Positions 48,780-59,559 of a stretch of 64,000 bases of DNA are shown in pieces. The number at the start of each line of letters is the position of its first letter. Within the stretch, counting starts at the first letter, position 1. The notes below the pieces were generated by a model that was not told where the DNA came from, did no database searches, and was given only the letters and a program-made list of their open reading frames with translations. Source of the DNA: an uncultured Desulfospira sp. (GTDB lineage: Bacteria; Desulfobacterota; Desulfobacteria; Desulfobacterales; Desulfobacteraceae); contig OY760175.1 of NCBI GenBank assembly GCA_963663165.1, forward strand, positions 1,632,001 through 1,696,000. Reading direction: 5' to 3'. The position numbers and the translations under genes were made by a program.

Positions 48780-50384
48780 TTATGGCTCTGAAAGCTTAAC
48801 CTGTTCAAACGCATGGACTGGAAGGGAAACCGCTTCGGGCAAAATAGCGGCCATGCCCGGTGTGCCGATTCGATGCAGCCGAACCGCCGGATAGGAGTGC
48901 CCCTGTTCATCAAAATACGACAGATACACCCGGGTCAGCCGGGAGTCATCGGGTTTTGACGAGAACACCAGCCACCGGCCGTTGGGTGAAAAGCTGTGCC
49001 ATGAATTAAGCTCCGGCCGGTTGCATCGCATGATCCGCGGGGTGCCCCCGGCGGCCGGCAGGACCACCAGTTTGCTGCCGGGCTGGGAAACCAGGCCGGT
49101 ATCGCATTGACAAAATACAATCCAGCGGCCGTCCGGGGAATACCGGGGGAAATAATTACTTTTTTGGTTGGCGCAGGCCCCTTGTAAAGGGGTGGCCTGT
49201 CCGCCTTCACCATCGGCAAAAGGGACCTGCCATAAATCAAAGTGCATCCGGTATTTCTGATTTAAAAAATCAATGGTTTGGCCTGGGGCCGCATCCAGCA
49301 GGGGTTTATTTCCCAATGCCTGCCAAAGGTTATCCGGCGACTGGGCCCGGGCAAAAACAATGGTCCGGCCGTCCGGGCTCCATGCCGGGCTGGTTTGAAT
49401 TACATTGGGATCATCAGCACCCTTCAAAGGCGTAATCTTGCCGGTCAGCCGGGAATAAAACGCCAGGTATCCGGTCAAGGGGAAAAACAGCTGAGAATAA
49501 GCCGGATCATCAATCCGGATCAGAAAGGGCTTGTCTTTAACGGTGGCGATCACATGTTCGCCATCCGGTGATATCCTGGCAAACAGGCCGCGGCTGACCT
49601 GCCCTTCCCCCCGCTGATGATCATTCCAGGAAATAATATCTTCCCGGTGCAGATCCATTTGGGGCTTAACATCGGTAAGCACATACCCGCCCCGGTCTTT
49701 CCGGTAATCCATATCCATGCCAAAGGTTGTCCCGTCCCGGGAAAAGGTATGGCAGCAGCCGCAGTACGGCAGGCCCGTCAAAACGGTTTGGGGCGGTTCC
49801 AAAGATGCCGGCTCAAAGGTGCGCCAGGCAAACCGGTCCACATGCTTTGCCGCGTAATTAAAGGGGACCGGCAGTTCCTGATACACCACCCGGCAGGCCA
49901 GGGGCTCCGGCGAGACGCAAAAATGAACCTTGCCGTGGCTGGCCACCTTACGGTCTTTAATCTGCATCACGGTGACGGTCAGCGGTTCCCCCAAGGCCAG
50001 ATTTTTAATACGCTCCCAGTCTTCGGGGATTGGCTGCCAGGGGTTTTTAGAGACCCTGAGAAACAGCAAACGGCCCTGTGCCTCAACCCGGACCAGCCAG
50101 CGGCCGGATGAGGGTCCCTGCCATGAAAACAGGGGCGGTGCCAGGTCTATGGGATAAACGGCCCCGTCTGCGGGTTCATTGATCACCAGAGGTCCTGTTG
50201 TATCGCCGGTCTCCATTTTAGCCAGGTTCGCGGGGTCAATGATTTCGGTCTTTGATGCCAGCTGCAAGGCACACCCGGCTATCAGCCCGGCCAAGAGCAG
50301 CAGCAGGCCGAAAACCAGTCCATCCTTTTTTGAGAAATGTTTAACCATTACCATTTTTCTGTCTTTCCGGAGCATTACCCCCAT
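48780..50384 (-). CDS. TolB-like beta-propeller lipoprotein with CxxCH
   Basis: Lipobox-like IAGC, CGCCH, repeated SPDG/SPNG blades; start uncertain. Confidence 0.8.
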   Translation of the reverse strand: MGVMLRKDRKMVMVKHFSKKDGLVFGLLLLLAGLIAGCALQLASKTEIIDPANLAKMETGDTTGPLVINEPADGAVYPIDLAPPLFSWQGPSSGRWLVRVEAQGRLLFLRVSKNPWQPIPEDWERIKNLALGEPLTVTVMQIKDRKVASHGKVHFCVSPEPLACRVVYQELPVPFNYAAKHVDRFAWRTFEPASLEPPQTVLTGLPYCGCCHTFSRDGTTFGMDMDYRKDRGGYVLTDVKPQMDLHREDIISWNDHQRGEGQVSRGLFARISPDGEHVIATVKDKPFLIRIDDPAYSQLFFPLTGYLAFYSRLTGKITPLKGADDPNVIQTSPAWSPDGRTIVFARAQSPDNLWQALGNKPLLDAAPGQTIDFLNQKYRMHFDLWQVPFADGEGGQATPLQGACANQKSNYFPRYSPDGRWIVFCQCDTGLVSQPGSKLVVLPAAGGTPRIMRCNRPELNSWHSFSPNGRWLVFSSKPDDSRLTRVYLSYFDEQGHSYPAVRLHRIGTPGMAAILPEAVSLPVHAFEQVKLSEP

Positions 50385-50401
50385 TTGTTGTCGGGTGCCG
50401 A

Positions 50402-51037
50402 TCAGTATCCGCCATCACTGTCATTACCGCCATTGCTTTGACTGCCAAAGCTGCCGGATTTGCTGCTGTTTGCGCTGGCAGCACCCTTAATGGCGTTTTC
50501 CACTTCAGCGATTTCCTTTTCCTTACGTTCGATATAGCCTTCGATGGTCCGCTTCTGAGCGGTGGCCTCTGCGACCTGGGCCAGCTGTTCGGCAATGCCG
50601 GCGGTAAAGCCCTGGTTCTGGACATAGCTTTTATGAAATTCAATGATGGTATCAATTTCATCGGGTTTGTATATTCCCGCGTTTTCGTATTCCTTGCGCA
50701 GGTTTTCAAAATTCATTTTCCAATGTTTGCTCGGGCTGTGCGAAACCCCTCCGGCAGTGGTGACCAGCCCGTTGGGATCCGCTTTGACACGCCCCACCTT
50801 CTCCACCGTACTGGTCATGTTCTGGGCCATTTCAGCCTTGGCTGTGGCAATCTGGTCATTCACAATTTTTTTCAAGTTTTTCAGATTTTGCAGCTCTTTT
50901 GCCTTTTTCTGCTTCTGTGCCTCCAGGTCGCTCATATGCTGTCCGATTTGACTGGTTGGCCAGGCCTGAACCAAGGGGGGTGAAACATACAGGAACAAAA
51001 ATGCCAGAACAGCCGCTATCGTTTTTGCCTTCATCAT
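50402..51037 (-). CDS. Exported coiled-coil hypothetical protein
   Basis: AGGAGG RBS, signal peptide, Ser/Gly-rich tail. Confidence 0.7.
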   Translation of the reverse strand: MMKAKTIAAVLAFLFLYVSPPLVQAWPTSQIGQHMSDLEAQKQKKAKELQNLKNLKKIVNDQIATAKAEMAQNMTSTVEKVGRVKADPNGLVTTAGGVSHSPSKHWKMNFENLRKEYENAGIYKPDEIDTIIEFHKSYVQNQGFTAGIAEQLAQVAEATAQKRTIEGYIERKEKEIAEVENAIKGAASANSSKSGSFGSQSNGGNDSDGGY

Positions 51038-51043
51038 AACCTC

Positions 51044-51871
51044 CTACATCAACCGGTTCACGGGACCAAAGACGATTCGCCGGTAAAGATGCCGCAGCAG
51101 GGCCGCATCCACTATACCGGTGACCGCAATTTGCTGATCTCTTTGAAACTGCTGGACAGCGCTTCTGGTCCCGGACCCCGGAATTCCGTCAATGGCAGAT
51201 TTGTAATACCCCAGAGACTTTAAAGCGGTCTGGGCCCGTTTGACCCGCTGCTGATACTCAAGCTTGGGATCAAATGGCGGCAGGGGACCTGAACCGGCCA
51301 GAACCTCCGCCTTTGTCCATTCCTTTGGGATATCTTCGCCATGGTCGGCCGCCTGTTTGTACCAGTAAGCTGCGGCTTCGGGATTGCGGGAAGACCCATG
51401 CCCCGTGTAGTAAAGGTAACCTAACGTCATCATGGACAGTGTATCCCCGCTTCTGGCCGCCTGTTCCAGAAAAGAAACCCCCTGTCCCGGATCCCGGGGA
51501 CATCCGAAGTCTGCGTTCAAAAGATAGGTGCCAAGGTCCCTTGACGCTTCCACATGCCCCTGGGCCGCTGCCTTTTTGAGCCACTGAACGCCCTGGGCAT
51601 AATCGGCAGGGATCCCGTCATTGAATAACAGCATCTGGGCAACCTGGTATTGGGCGCCCGGATCGCCTTTCTGGGCCGCTTGCTTATATATCTGGTACGC
51701 CCGCGGCTTATCGTCGGTAAAATAAGATGCCTCTGCCTGGGGATTCTCATATTGCGGCGTACTCTGGCTCTGTGTCATACTTTGAACACAGCCGGAGGCC
51801 AGCAGGGCGCATCCGAACATTCCACACCAAATGATTATCTTGTTAAACACCTGGCTTTTTCTCCTTTTCAA
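51044..51871 (-). CDS. Sel1-repeat lipoprotein with peptidoglycan-binding domain
   Basis: Lipobox ASGC, AA.QG repeats, L..LGYY...DG..G..T..AV..FQ. Confidence 0.85.
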   Translation of the reverse strand: MKRRKSQVFNKIIIWCGMFGCALLASGCVQSMTQSQSTPQYENPQAEASYFTDDKPRAYQIYKQAAQKGDPGAQYQVAQMLLFNDGIPADYAQGVQWLKKAAAQGHVEASRDLGTYLLNADFGCPRDPGQGVSFLEQAARSGDTLSMMTLGYLYYTGHGSSRNPEAAAYWYKQAADHGEDIPKEWTKAEVLAGSGPLPPFDPKLEYQQRVKRAQTALKSLGYYKSAIDGIPGSGTRSAVQQFQRDQQIAVTGIVDAALLRHLYRRIVFGPVNRLM

Positions 51872-52108
51872 AAACAGGCCTCATCCCGGCGTCATGGGGT
51901 AGAAATCGGGTAAACATGCCGGCGGGATAACAAAAACAGTGAGTTAAAAATTGATTTAATAGATAAGGGAGGAATTTTTTTCTGTCAAGAAATATGTATT
52001 TTGGGACACAATTTTCGCTAAAATGGTATCCCCGTGGGATAATATGTGATTGATCATGGCCTCAGGCACTGGTGCCCCATAGTATCCATGAGAACCTGTT
52101 TTAGGATT

Positions 52109-52756
52109 TCAGGTTAAACAGCCCCCCCTGGTCACCAGCCTTTCTAAGGCTTCGTAAGGTCTTGCCCCCACCAGGCGATCCGTTCCCATGATAAAGGTTG
52201 GGGCCGCAACCAGCCCAAGCTTTTTTGAAAGGGCCCAGTCCCGGTCAACGGCCGGGGCAAACGATCGCTGTTCAAGGACCTGCCTGCCTTTGCCCGCATC
52301 CAGTCCGGCTGAGGCCATCAGGTCAAGAAGCACCTCCTTTCCGGAAATATTTCGCCCGTCCACAAAATAGGCCTTAAAGGCCGCATCATGAAATGCTTCG
52401 GCCCGGCCGCACGCCTGTGCCCAGAGGCCAGCCTCCTGGGCCAGCCGGGAGTTGTACACCATTTTGTTTCCCCCAAAGGGGACCTTGAAGCGTTCAGCCG
52501 TTTCTTTGAGACTGGCCGTGACCTGGTCCGCATTGACCGGCACCCCTTTTTTTTCAAGCACCGTTTCAAGGGGGATTCCCTCATCAGGGACATCCGGCTG
52601 CAGCGGGTAAGCCCGCCACAGCAGGGCAATATCGTAATTTTTTCTTAACCGTTCAATGCTCCCGGCAATGAAGTAGCACCAGGGTCAAATATAATCAGAA
52701 AAAATTTCCAGAATTTTTCGATCAGGGCCTGATTCTGCGGTTTCATTTGCTTTCAT
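52109..52756 (-). CDS. DsbA/FrnE-like oxidoreductase, predicted selenoprotein (UPWC)
   Basis: In-frame TGA (52685-52687) in FSDYI-U-PWCY; frame is continuous into ORF 52109..52561; hairpin downstream of the TGA. Confidence 0.85.
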
Positions 52757-53077
52757 ATTGTTTCGCTTTGGGCTTTTGTTTTGTTTATTTTTCACCGGGC
52801 ATGACGGGTTGGTTGCTCACCATGCCCCGTCTGTTTTACACGATTTGCAGTACCAAATTCAAATGAATCCTGAGCAAGGCTGAATATTAAAATATTGCCC
52901 CTGGTCACCTTGCTGTCTTTGATTTATGGAGACCGGAAACGGAAGACCGGAATGCAAAACCCGAGGAGGACGCGATTACCGGTCTCCGGTCTTTAAAAAT
53001 TCACCTGTAAAAAGAATATGTTTGGGTTACGAATTTCGGTGTGTTTTTAAACAACCGGCGGCCGTATCAGCGGCCCG

Positions 53078-55363
53078 TTATTCTTCAAGGGCCGCTTTGA
53101 CGCTCAGGGCAATGGTTTCAAAACTGTAGGGTTTTTTGATAAACCGGCGGACCCCGAGGGCCATGGCCTTTTGAATCCGGCGGGTTTTGGAATACCCGCT
53201 GGCAATCACGGCTTTCTGGCCGGGATGAAGGGCGATGATCCGCTTATAGGTTTCAAGCCCGTCAATACCCGGTTCCATAATCATGTCCAGCACCACCAGG
53301 TCCACTGAACGGGTTTTCAAGACTTCCACGGCTTTTTCCCCGCTTTCCACGGCCACCGGGTTATATCCAAGGGTTGTGAGTATGGTCAGGGCAATGTCCC
53401 GCTGTTCCTTTAAATCATCGACCACCAGAATGGCCTGGCCGTTTCCCCGGCAGGATTCTATGGACAGGACCGCATGGGATCCGGTGTCTGCGGTTTTCCG
53501 GGTTACCGGAAAATACAGGTCAAACCGGGTTCCCTTCCCAAGGGCCGTGGTCACGTCAATGTATCCGTTATGGTCTTTTACCGTCCCCCATACCACTGAC
53601 ATGCCAAGGCCTGTGCCGCTTCTGCCCATGATCTTCCGGGTATAAAAGGGTTCAAATATTTTCTCGCACTCCTCCGGGGCCATCCCGGTTCCCGTGTCGG
53701 CCACACTCAGGCGGATATACTCCCCCGCTTCTATTTTGTCGGTGTTGCCCAATGGCTCGCCGATGTAAAAGCTTTTTGTGGAAATGGTGACGGTGCCGCC
53801 CCCGGGCATGGCCTCGGCCGCGTTGGTGACCAGATTCATGATTGTTTTTGACAGATGGACCGGAGAGCCCATAATATTGAAAGGACCCTGTTCAAGATCT
53901 GTTTTGACCCGGACATTATCGTGGTAAGTCAGAAGCTTGAGATGCTCAGGGCTTTGCAGGTAGCTTTTGATGATGGTGTTCAAATGAAGGACTTCGTTGG
54001 CCACCACCCCCCTGCGGGCCAGGGTCAGCAGGTCCCGCACAACAGCAGCGGCTTTCTGGCCCGATTCTTTGATGGTCAAGAGCGGTTCCTTAAGGGAGCT
54101 GTCTTCGGGGACCTGCATGAGCAGAAGGTCCGGGTAACTGACAATGCTGGTGAGGATGTTGTTCAGGTCATGGGCCACCCCGCCGGCCAGAAGGCCGATG
54201 GCCTCCATTTTCTTGCCCCGCTGGATATGGGCTTCGAGTTTTATCCGGGCGGCTTCCAGCCGTTTGCTCTCGGCCATCTGGGCCTGTAGCTGTTCGTTTT
54301 TAAGGGCAATGTCCTTTTCCCGCCGGGCTGCTTCCCTTACCTGGGCCTTTAATACCAGATTCCGGGTAAAGACGGCCATAATGACAATGGCGGCCCCCAA
54401 CAGAACCGCAAACACAAGAATCATTGCCAACAGCAGTTGTTGTGGAGACTGGGTGCCGATGATCTTTGTTAAAGAGGCGATTTCCCGAAGTTCCAGGCGG
54501 GTATCCCCCACGTTGCAGGAAAGCGCCAGAACCTCTTCAGAGGCTTTGAAAGCTGACAGCCACCGGGGGTAAAGGTGATCCGGAAAAAGGATTTGCCCGT
54601 TGGCCGGGGGAAAGGGTGCGGCAGCCCCATCCCCTGAGCCGATCAGATGGCCGGACGGGGCAAACAATCCGGTAAACAGGCCCCCCTGGACCGGAACCAG
54701 AAACCTGGACCGGAGGAGGGCCGTGGAAAATACGGCAATCCCATGGGCGGCGTACCGGCCTTTATAATGATAGGGAAAGGCCATAAAAAAAACAGACGGC
54801 GGGGTGCCCGGCTCCCTGTCCCGTATCTGACAGGCGTAAAACCCTTCGGGCAGCTGCAACAGGGATTTTGGCCATAACGGATCATCAGGCAGAACCGGTG
54901 CGGCCCCGTCACTTTGGGCCACCATGGCACCACGGGTATCGTAGATGGCCACCCCTTTAAAAACCGGTTCACCATCAAACCGCACCTTGTCCACCAGTTC
55001 ATTTAATTCCACGGTCAGGGCCGTGAGGTTGAACCCCAGCCCATACCGCAGGGACATGCCCAGGGCTTTGTTCTCAAAATAAAGGGGCAATTGGCTTTTT
55101 TCAGCGGCGCCGCATTTTATACGCCTGCCATTGATGTCCAGAAAATTGGCCAGGCTTAGTCCCCGGGAATTGAATTCATGTTTGTACTGGTTCAGGGCAG
55201 CGGCTTGGAGTTTCATTAAAGACCGGTAATTGGCAAACAGCAAAAAGCCCACAAATCCCATGAGGATCAGGGAAATCCCCAAAAGGGCCGCCCATCCTTT
55301 CCGGGCCTGGAACCTTGACGATTGGGGCATGGCCATTCCCCCCCTTTCATTACCGGGGTTCAT
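53078..55363 (-). CDS. Hybrid sensor histidine kinase/response regulator
   Basis: AHDLNN, DTGTG, GTGLG, VVDD/LDM; start may be ~55334. Confidence 0.93.
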   Translation of the reverse strand: MNPGNERGGMAMPQSSRFQARKGWAALLGISLILMGFVGFLLFANYRSLMKLQAAALNQYKHEFNSRGLSLANFLDINGRRIKCGAAEKSQLPLYFENKALGMSLRYGLGFNLTALTVELNELVDKVRFDGEPVFKGVAIYDTRGAMVAQSDGAAPVLPDDPLWPKSLLQLPEGFYACQIRDREPGTPPSVFFMAFPYHYKGRYAAHGIAVFSTALLRSRFLVPVQGGLFTGLFAPSGHLIGSGDGAAAPFPPANGQILFPDHLYPRWLSAFKASEEVLALSCNVGDTRLELREIASLTKIIGTQSPQQLLLAMILVFAVLLGAAIVIMAVFTRNLVLKAQVREAARREKDIALKNEQLQAQMAESKRLEAARIKLEAHIQRGKKMEAIGLLAGGVAHDLNNILTSIVSYPDLLLMQVPEDSSLKEPLLTIKESGQKAAAVVRDLLTLARRGVVANEVLHLNTIIKSYLQSPEHLKLLTYHDNVRVKTDLEQGPFNIMGSPVHLSKTIMNLVTNAAEAMPGGGTVTISTKSFYIGEPLGNTDKIEAGEYIRLSVADTGTGMAPEECEKIFEPFYTRKIMGRSGTGLGMSVVWGTVKDHNGYIDVTTALGKGTRFDLYFPVTRKTADTGSHAVLSIESCRGNGQAILVVDDLKEQRDIALTILTTLGYNPVAVESGEKAVEVLKTRSVDLVVLDMIMEPGIDGLETYKRIIALHPGQKAVIASGYSKTRRIQKAMALGVRRFIKKPYSFETIALSVKAALEE

Positions 55364-56231
55364 TGGGTTGAAAAAAATCAGGAAAGTAGCCGGCGGCGCC
55401 CGGATAATAGGTCTGGACCAGTTCCATATACCGGCCGTTTTCCTGAAGTGTTTTCAGGTATTGGTTAAACGTTTCCCGCAGACCGGCATCGGATTTGCGA
55501 AAGCCGCATCCCATCTTCTGGGGAGGGGAAACCGGACCAATCACTTTAAGCTGTCCCGGCCACTTTTCCAGAGAAAGCAGGGCCACTGGAACATCCAGAA
55601 GACTGCATTCAGCTTCACCGTTAATCACGGCCGGCACAAATTCACACATTTTCAGGTTCAAGGAGACAAAGTTGGCCCCGGTGGTATGAAACCCGTATAG
55701 TTCAGGATCAAGACAGGTCCCGGGCATGGCCAGGACGGTGATCCCTTTGATCAGTGATTTTACCGCTTCAATGTCCGTTTTGATCCCATTGCCCGGCTGA
55801 ATGGGCGAAAGACGGGAATCAGCCCGGGCAACCAGCCAGACCCCGCTTGGAAAGGTGGGGATTGAATAATCAATAAGCTCCCGGCGCCAGGGCAGAATGG
55901 TCATGCCGCTGGCAATGATGTCCCCCTTGACGGGGCACTGCCCGGTCAGGGTTGCCTTCCCCTTTTCAAGGGCATAGGTTTTCCCGGTCAAATCCTGAAT
56001 CACCGTTGTCCAGGTGGAGGGCACATATTCATAATCCACATTCAGGGAAGCGGCAAACCCTTTGACCAGGTCCGCGCAAAGCCCGTCGCAGCTGCCAATG
56101 GAAAACCGGGCATAGGAAACCCCCAGGTGGCGGAGGACGCCTTTTTCCCTGATCTCATCAAGGCCTGCCAGGAGGGCATGGGCCTGAAAAAAAATGAGCA
56201 GTACAGCCCAAAAAGCAATTCTCATGAACAC
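55350..56231 (-). CDS. Family 3 extracellular solute-binding protein
   Basis: Signal peptide, LDEIREKG.LR, GMTILPWR; overlaps the kinase gene. Confidence 0.85.
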   Translation of the reverse strand: MFMRIAFWAVLLIFFQAHALLAGLDEIREKGVLRHLGVSYARFSIGSCDGLCADLVKGFAASLNVDYEYVPSTWTTVIQDLTGKTYALEKGKATLTGQCPVKGDIIASGMTILPWRRELIDYSIPTFPSGVWLVARADSRLSPIQPGNGIKTDIEAVKSLIKGITVLAMPGTCLDPELYGFHTTGANFVSLNLKMCEFVPAVINGEAECSLLDVPVALLSLEKWPGQLKVIGPVSPPQKMGCGFRKSDAGLRETFNQYLKTLQENGRYMELVQTYYPGAAGYFPDFFQPNEPR

Positions 56232-56332
56232 GGTTAAACTTTTTTAAAAAGTGAATAATGCTTAACTGTCCGGTGGCCTTTTTGCCCTTTCTTAGTGAAC
56301 TTTTTTAATATTTGTCAAGGCGGATATAAAAA

Positions 56333-59300
56333 TTACCCGTATTTATGGACCCCCAGTTTTTTCATCCGTGCCGCCAGGGTCGTCCGTTTCATTCCCAATA
56401 CCTCAGCGGCACCGCCTTTTCCGCTGATCCGGCCGTTTGTTATGTCAAGCACATAGGAAATATACCGCTGCTGCAGTTCATCCATGGTGGGCAGGTCTTC
56501 GAAGGGATTGCCGGCGGGGTTTATGTCTGCCTTTGGAAAAAGGTCTGTTCCCAAAAGGTTATCAGAGGAGAGCAGCACAGCGCATTCGACCACATTTTTC
56601 AACTCCCGGATATTGCCCGGCCAGTGATACTGTAAAAAATTGGCCTGGGCTTTTTCGCTGAACTGCAAGCTGGTTTTGCCATGTTTTTTTGAAAAATGCT
56701 TGAGAAAATGATTGGCCAGAAGCAGGATATCATCGCCCCGGTCCCGCAGGGGCGGCACTTTTATGGGAACCACATTGATCCGGTAAAACAGGTCTGCCCG
56801 GAACCTTCCCAAAAGCACGTCCTGTTCCAGATCCTGATTGGTGGCGGCCAAAAGCCTGAAATCCGTTTTTACGGTATTGGTCCCCCCCACGCGCACAACG
56901 CTTTTCTCCTGAAGCGCCCGCAGCAGTTTGCTTTGAATGGTGAGGGGGATATTGCCGATTTCATCAATAAACAGCGTGCCGCCGTTGGAAAGTTCCAGCC
57001 GCCCGAGCTTTCTTTGATCCGCGCCGGTAAATGCGCCCTTTTCATAGCCGAACAATTCACTTTCGATCAATGATTCGGCAATATTGCTGACATCCACCAC
57101 ATGGAAGGGTCCACTGCCCCGTTTCCGGTTCATCCGGTGCAGCCTTTGGGCCAGCAGTTCCTTGCCCACACCGGTTTCCCCCAAGATGAGAATGGAGGCA
57201 TCGGAGTCCGCGGCCTTGTCCGCCAATGACAGCAGTTTTTTCATTATGGGGCTTTCAGCCTTGAGTTCGCTGCCCGGAGAATGGCCGGCCGTGCTGGTCT
57301 GAACCGCTTTTTCATATGAAGACGCCATGATGCCTTCAAAATAGGTGGTCACACAGCTGATCAGGCGGCCCATGTACTGGCAGAGCACATCCAGTTCATT
57401 GCCGGACAGGCGGTCAAACGCCTTCTCGTCATAGGCATTGTCATAATAGAAAACCCCTTTGACCTGCCCGTCAATTTCCAGGGGCATGCACAGCACGGCC
57501 AACGGTGTGGTTTTAAGGTTCCGGGCCGATTTAAGCGCCTTTCGAATCAGAATGGTGCTGTTTTGCCTGAATGTTTTTTGAATGGCCAGCAGACTGTTCC
57601 GAAAGTCCTGTCTTAATGACTCTTCTTCAGACAGATTGTAGCCGACTTTATAGGCGGCCTTTTTGGGGTCAGGCGCGTCTTTCCAGAAAACGGCGCCCCG
57701 GGCCGCGCCAAAAAAATTGCCCACAATGGACAAAACCCGTTGAAGGAAAGAGTCCACATTGTGGCTTAAAATAAGCTTGTCCAGCGCATCAATAATTTTA
57801 TCCAGGTGGTTGTCCGCCGGCGGGGGCTGGTAAAAAACCGGCTGATCCACTTTTCTTTCAAGGGCCGGTCTTAAGTCCGGCGGAAAAAGGGCCGGATTAA
57901 CGCCGGTAAGCGACTCCCGCGCCATCAAAGAATAATTCCATGCCGACTCAAACTGTTTTTTTCTTAATTTAAACCGGGCGATTTCCACCAGGGTCTTACC
58001 AAGTTCTATGGGGTTCCCGGACTGTCTTAAATACTGCTCGCTGCGTTTAAACAAGGCCGCCACTTTCCGGGAATCATTATGCTGAAAAATGGCTTCCTTG
58101 GCCTTGAGCCTGAGGGCGACACCCCGCAGCATGACATTGGAACCGCCGGCTTTTGTTTCCAGCTCGCTTTCATAATCAAAGGCCGGTAAGGGACCGTATT
58201 TGAGCCGGTTGAACCCATACAGCATTTCAAGAAACCAGGGCCATGTGTACTGCCGGAACAGACAATTGTGGTCCATGGCCTCCGTCACCGCCTCCTGCAT
58301 CAGCTGATGGGCCTCCCGGGGCCTGTTTTCAAGATAATGAAAATAGGCAATGCCTATTTTTCCCCAGAGAATGGCATGCCGGTTTCCCCGGCTCTTTGCC
58401 CCCTCAAGCATTTCGCTCAGATGCCGGTAGGCCTCATCCGTTTTACCGGCGATCAGCAGGACGATGCCAAGATCACTTCTGAAGTGGTCGGCCAGGGCCG
58501 GTTCAGACCGGTATTGCGCCCTTCGAAAATTGGTGTCAAACACGCCGATGGCCCGATGAAACTGGCCGGTATAGGCGGCACATAAACCCAGCCAGTGGGG
58601 AATTAAAAAGGCCACCGGCCGGTCCTGGTTCAGCTCCACCCGTTGAAAGGCCTCTTCAAAAAAGGTGAGGGCTTCCTTGTGCATGCCCTTGAAAAAGTAA
58701 TATACCCCGGTAAATTCCGTTGACAAGGACTGGAAATCATCGCCCAGTGTCTTGGCAATATCCAGGGCTTTGCGGCTGGTTTCAATGGCCTCTTCAAACC
58801 GGTTCTCATGGCAGATATGCCTGACCTTATGCAGTTCGAGCAGGACGTTGGTATGGGTGTCCTTTCGCTGTACCGCGGCCTGCTGGGCCATATTCAACAA
58901 CTCAGGAATTTCATTGAGCCCTTCACCGGAGCAAAACCGAAGGTGAGACAGCTGCAGCACCGCCGAGGTAAATAAGTGCTGCTGTTTTAAATCTTCTCCC
59001 GGGGAGGGAATCCATGCCAGGGTCTGTTCAAAATGCGTCAGGGCTTTCCCAAGGTGCCCCTTTTCAAGGGCTTTATACCCGATCTCGTTTTCAATGGTGG
59101 CCGCTTCGGTGATTTTTCCGGACCAGTAATACAGGCTGGCCTGTATTTCCATATCCTCAGCTTCGGGCAGATCGGATTTTAACAGGCGGTCAAGAAAGGT
59201 GTCGGCAAGGTCGGGTGTACAGACTGAGGACAGTTTTGTTTGGACGGCGTCAGCAAGCTTTGAAGAAATGATATGGCATCCGCTGGGGGCTTCCCGGATG

Positions 59301-59461
59301 TAATTCATTTCAATGCCGCGGGTGATCAGCTCATTGAGCTTTGACGGCAAAAGCTTTGCCAGGACGGCAAGGACATCCGCTGATAACGGCCGGCCCAGCA
59401 TCCGCATGGCCGCAACCGCATGCCATTGGGAGACGGAGAATTCAAAACGGTGGGTTGACAT
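56333..59461 (-). CDS. sigma54-dependent activator (TPR-like - GAF - AAA+ - HTH)
   Basis: GETGVGKE, GAFTGA, FIDEIG, WPGNIREL, C-terminal HTH. Confidence 0.93.
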   Translation of the reverse strand: MSTHRFEFSVSQWHAVAAMRMLGRPLSADVLAVLAKLLPSKLNELITRGIEMNYIREAPSGCHIISSKLADAVQTKLSSVCTPDLADTFLDRLLKSDLPEAEDMEIQASLYYWSGKITEAATIENEIGYKALEKGHLGKALTHFEQTLAWIPSPGEDLKQQHLFTSAVLQLSHLRFCSGEGLNEIPELLNMAQQAAVQRKDTHTNVLLELHKVRHICHENRFEEAIETSRKALDIAKTLGDDFQSLSTEFTGVYYFFKGMHKEALTFFEEAFQRVELNQDRPVAFLIPHWLGLCAAYTGQFHRAIGVFDTNFRRAQYRSEPALADHFRSDLGIVLLIAGKTDEAYRHLSEMLEGAKSRGNRHAILWGKIGIAYFHYLENRPREAHQLMQEAVTEAMDHNCLFRQYTWPWFLEMLYGFNRLKYGPLPAFDYESELETKAGGSNVMLRGVALRLKAKEAIFQHNDSRKVAALFKRSEQYLRQSGNPIELGKTLVEIARFKLRKKQFESAWNYSLMARESLTGVNPALFPPDLRPALERKVDQPVFYQPPPADNHLDKIIDALDKLILSHNVDSFLQRVLSIVGNFFGAARGAVFWKDAPDPKKAAYKVGYNLSEEESLRQDFRNSLLAIQKTFRQNSTILIRKALKSARNLKTTPLAVLCMPLEIDGQVKGVFYYDNAYDEKAFDRLSGNELDVLCQYMGRLISCVTTYFEGIMASSYEKAVQTSTAGHSPGSELKAESPIMKKLLSLADKAADSDASILILGETGVGKELLAQRLHRMNRKRGSGPFHVVDVSNIAESLIESELFGYEKGAFTGADQRKLGRLELSNGGTLFIDEIGNIPLTIQSKLLRALQEKSVVRVGGTNTVKTDFRLLAATNQDLEQDVLLGRFRADLFYRINVVPIKVPPLRDRGDDILLLANHFLKHFSKKHGKTSLQFSEKAQANFLQYHWPGNIRELKNVVECAVLLSSDNLLGTDLFPKADINPAGNPFEDLPTMDELQQRYISYVLDITNGRISGKGGAAEVLGMKRTTLAARMKKLGVHKYG

Positions 59462-59559
59462 AAGGATTCACCAGCCATTGCGATTGAGGGGGTATGAATA
59501 AAATGAGCATTGATAACAAAAAGATAATGACCATATATTGGCATTATGATGGTTGGCGG

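Noticed and set aside
52109..52756. DsbA pseudogene
   Set aside because: A single TGA exactly at the catalytic Cys with a downstream hairpin favours Sec recoding.
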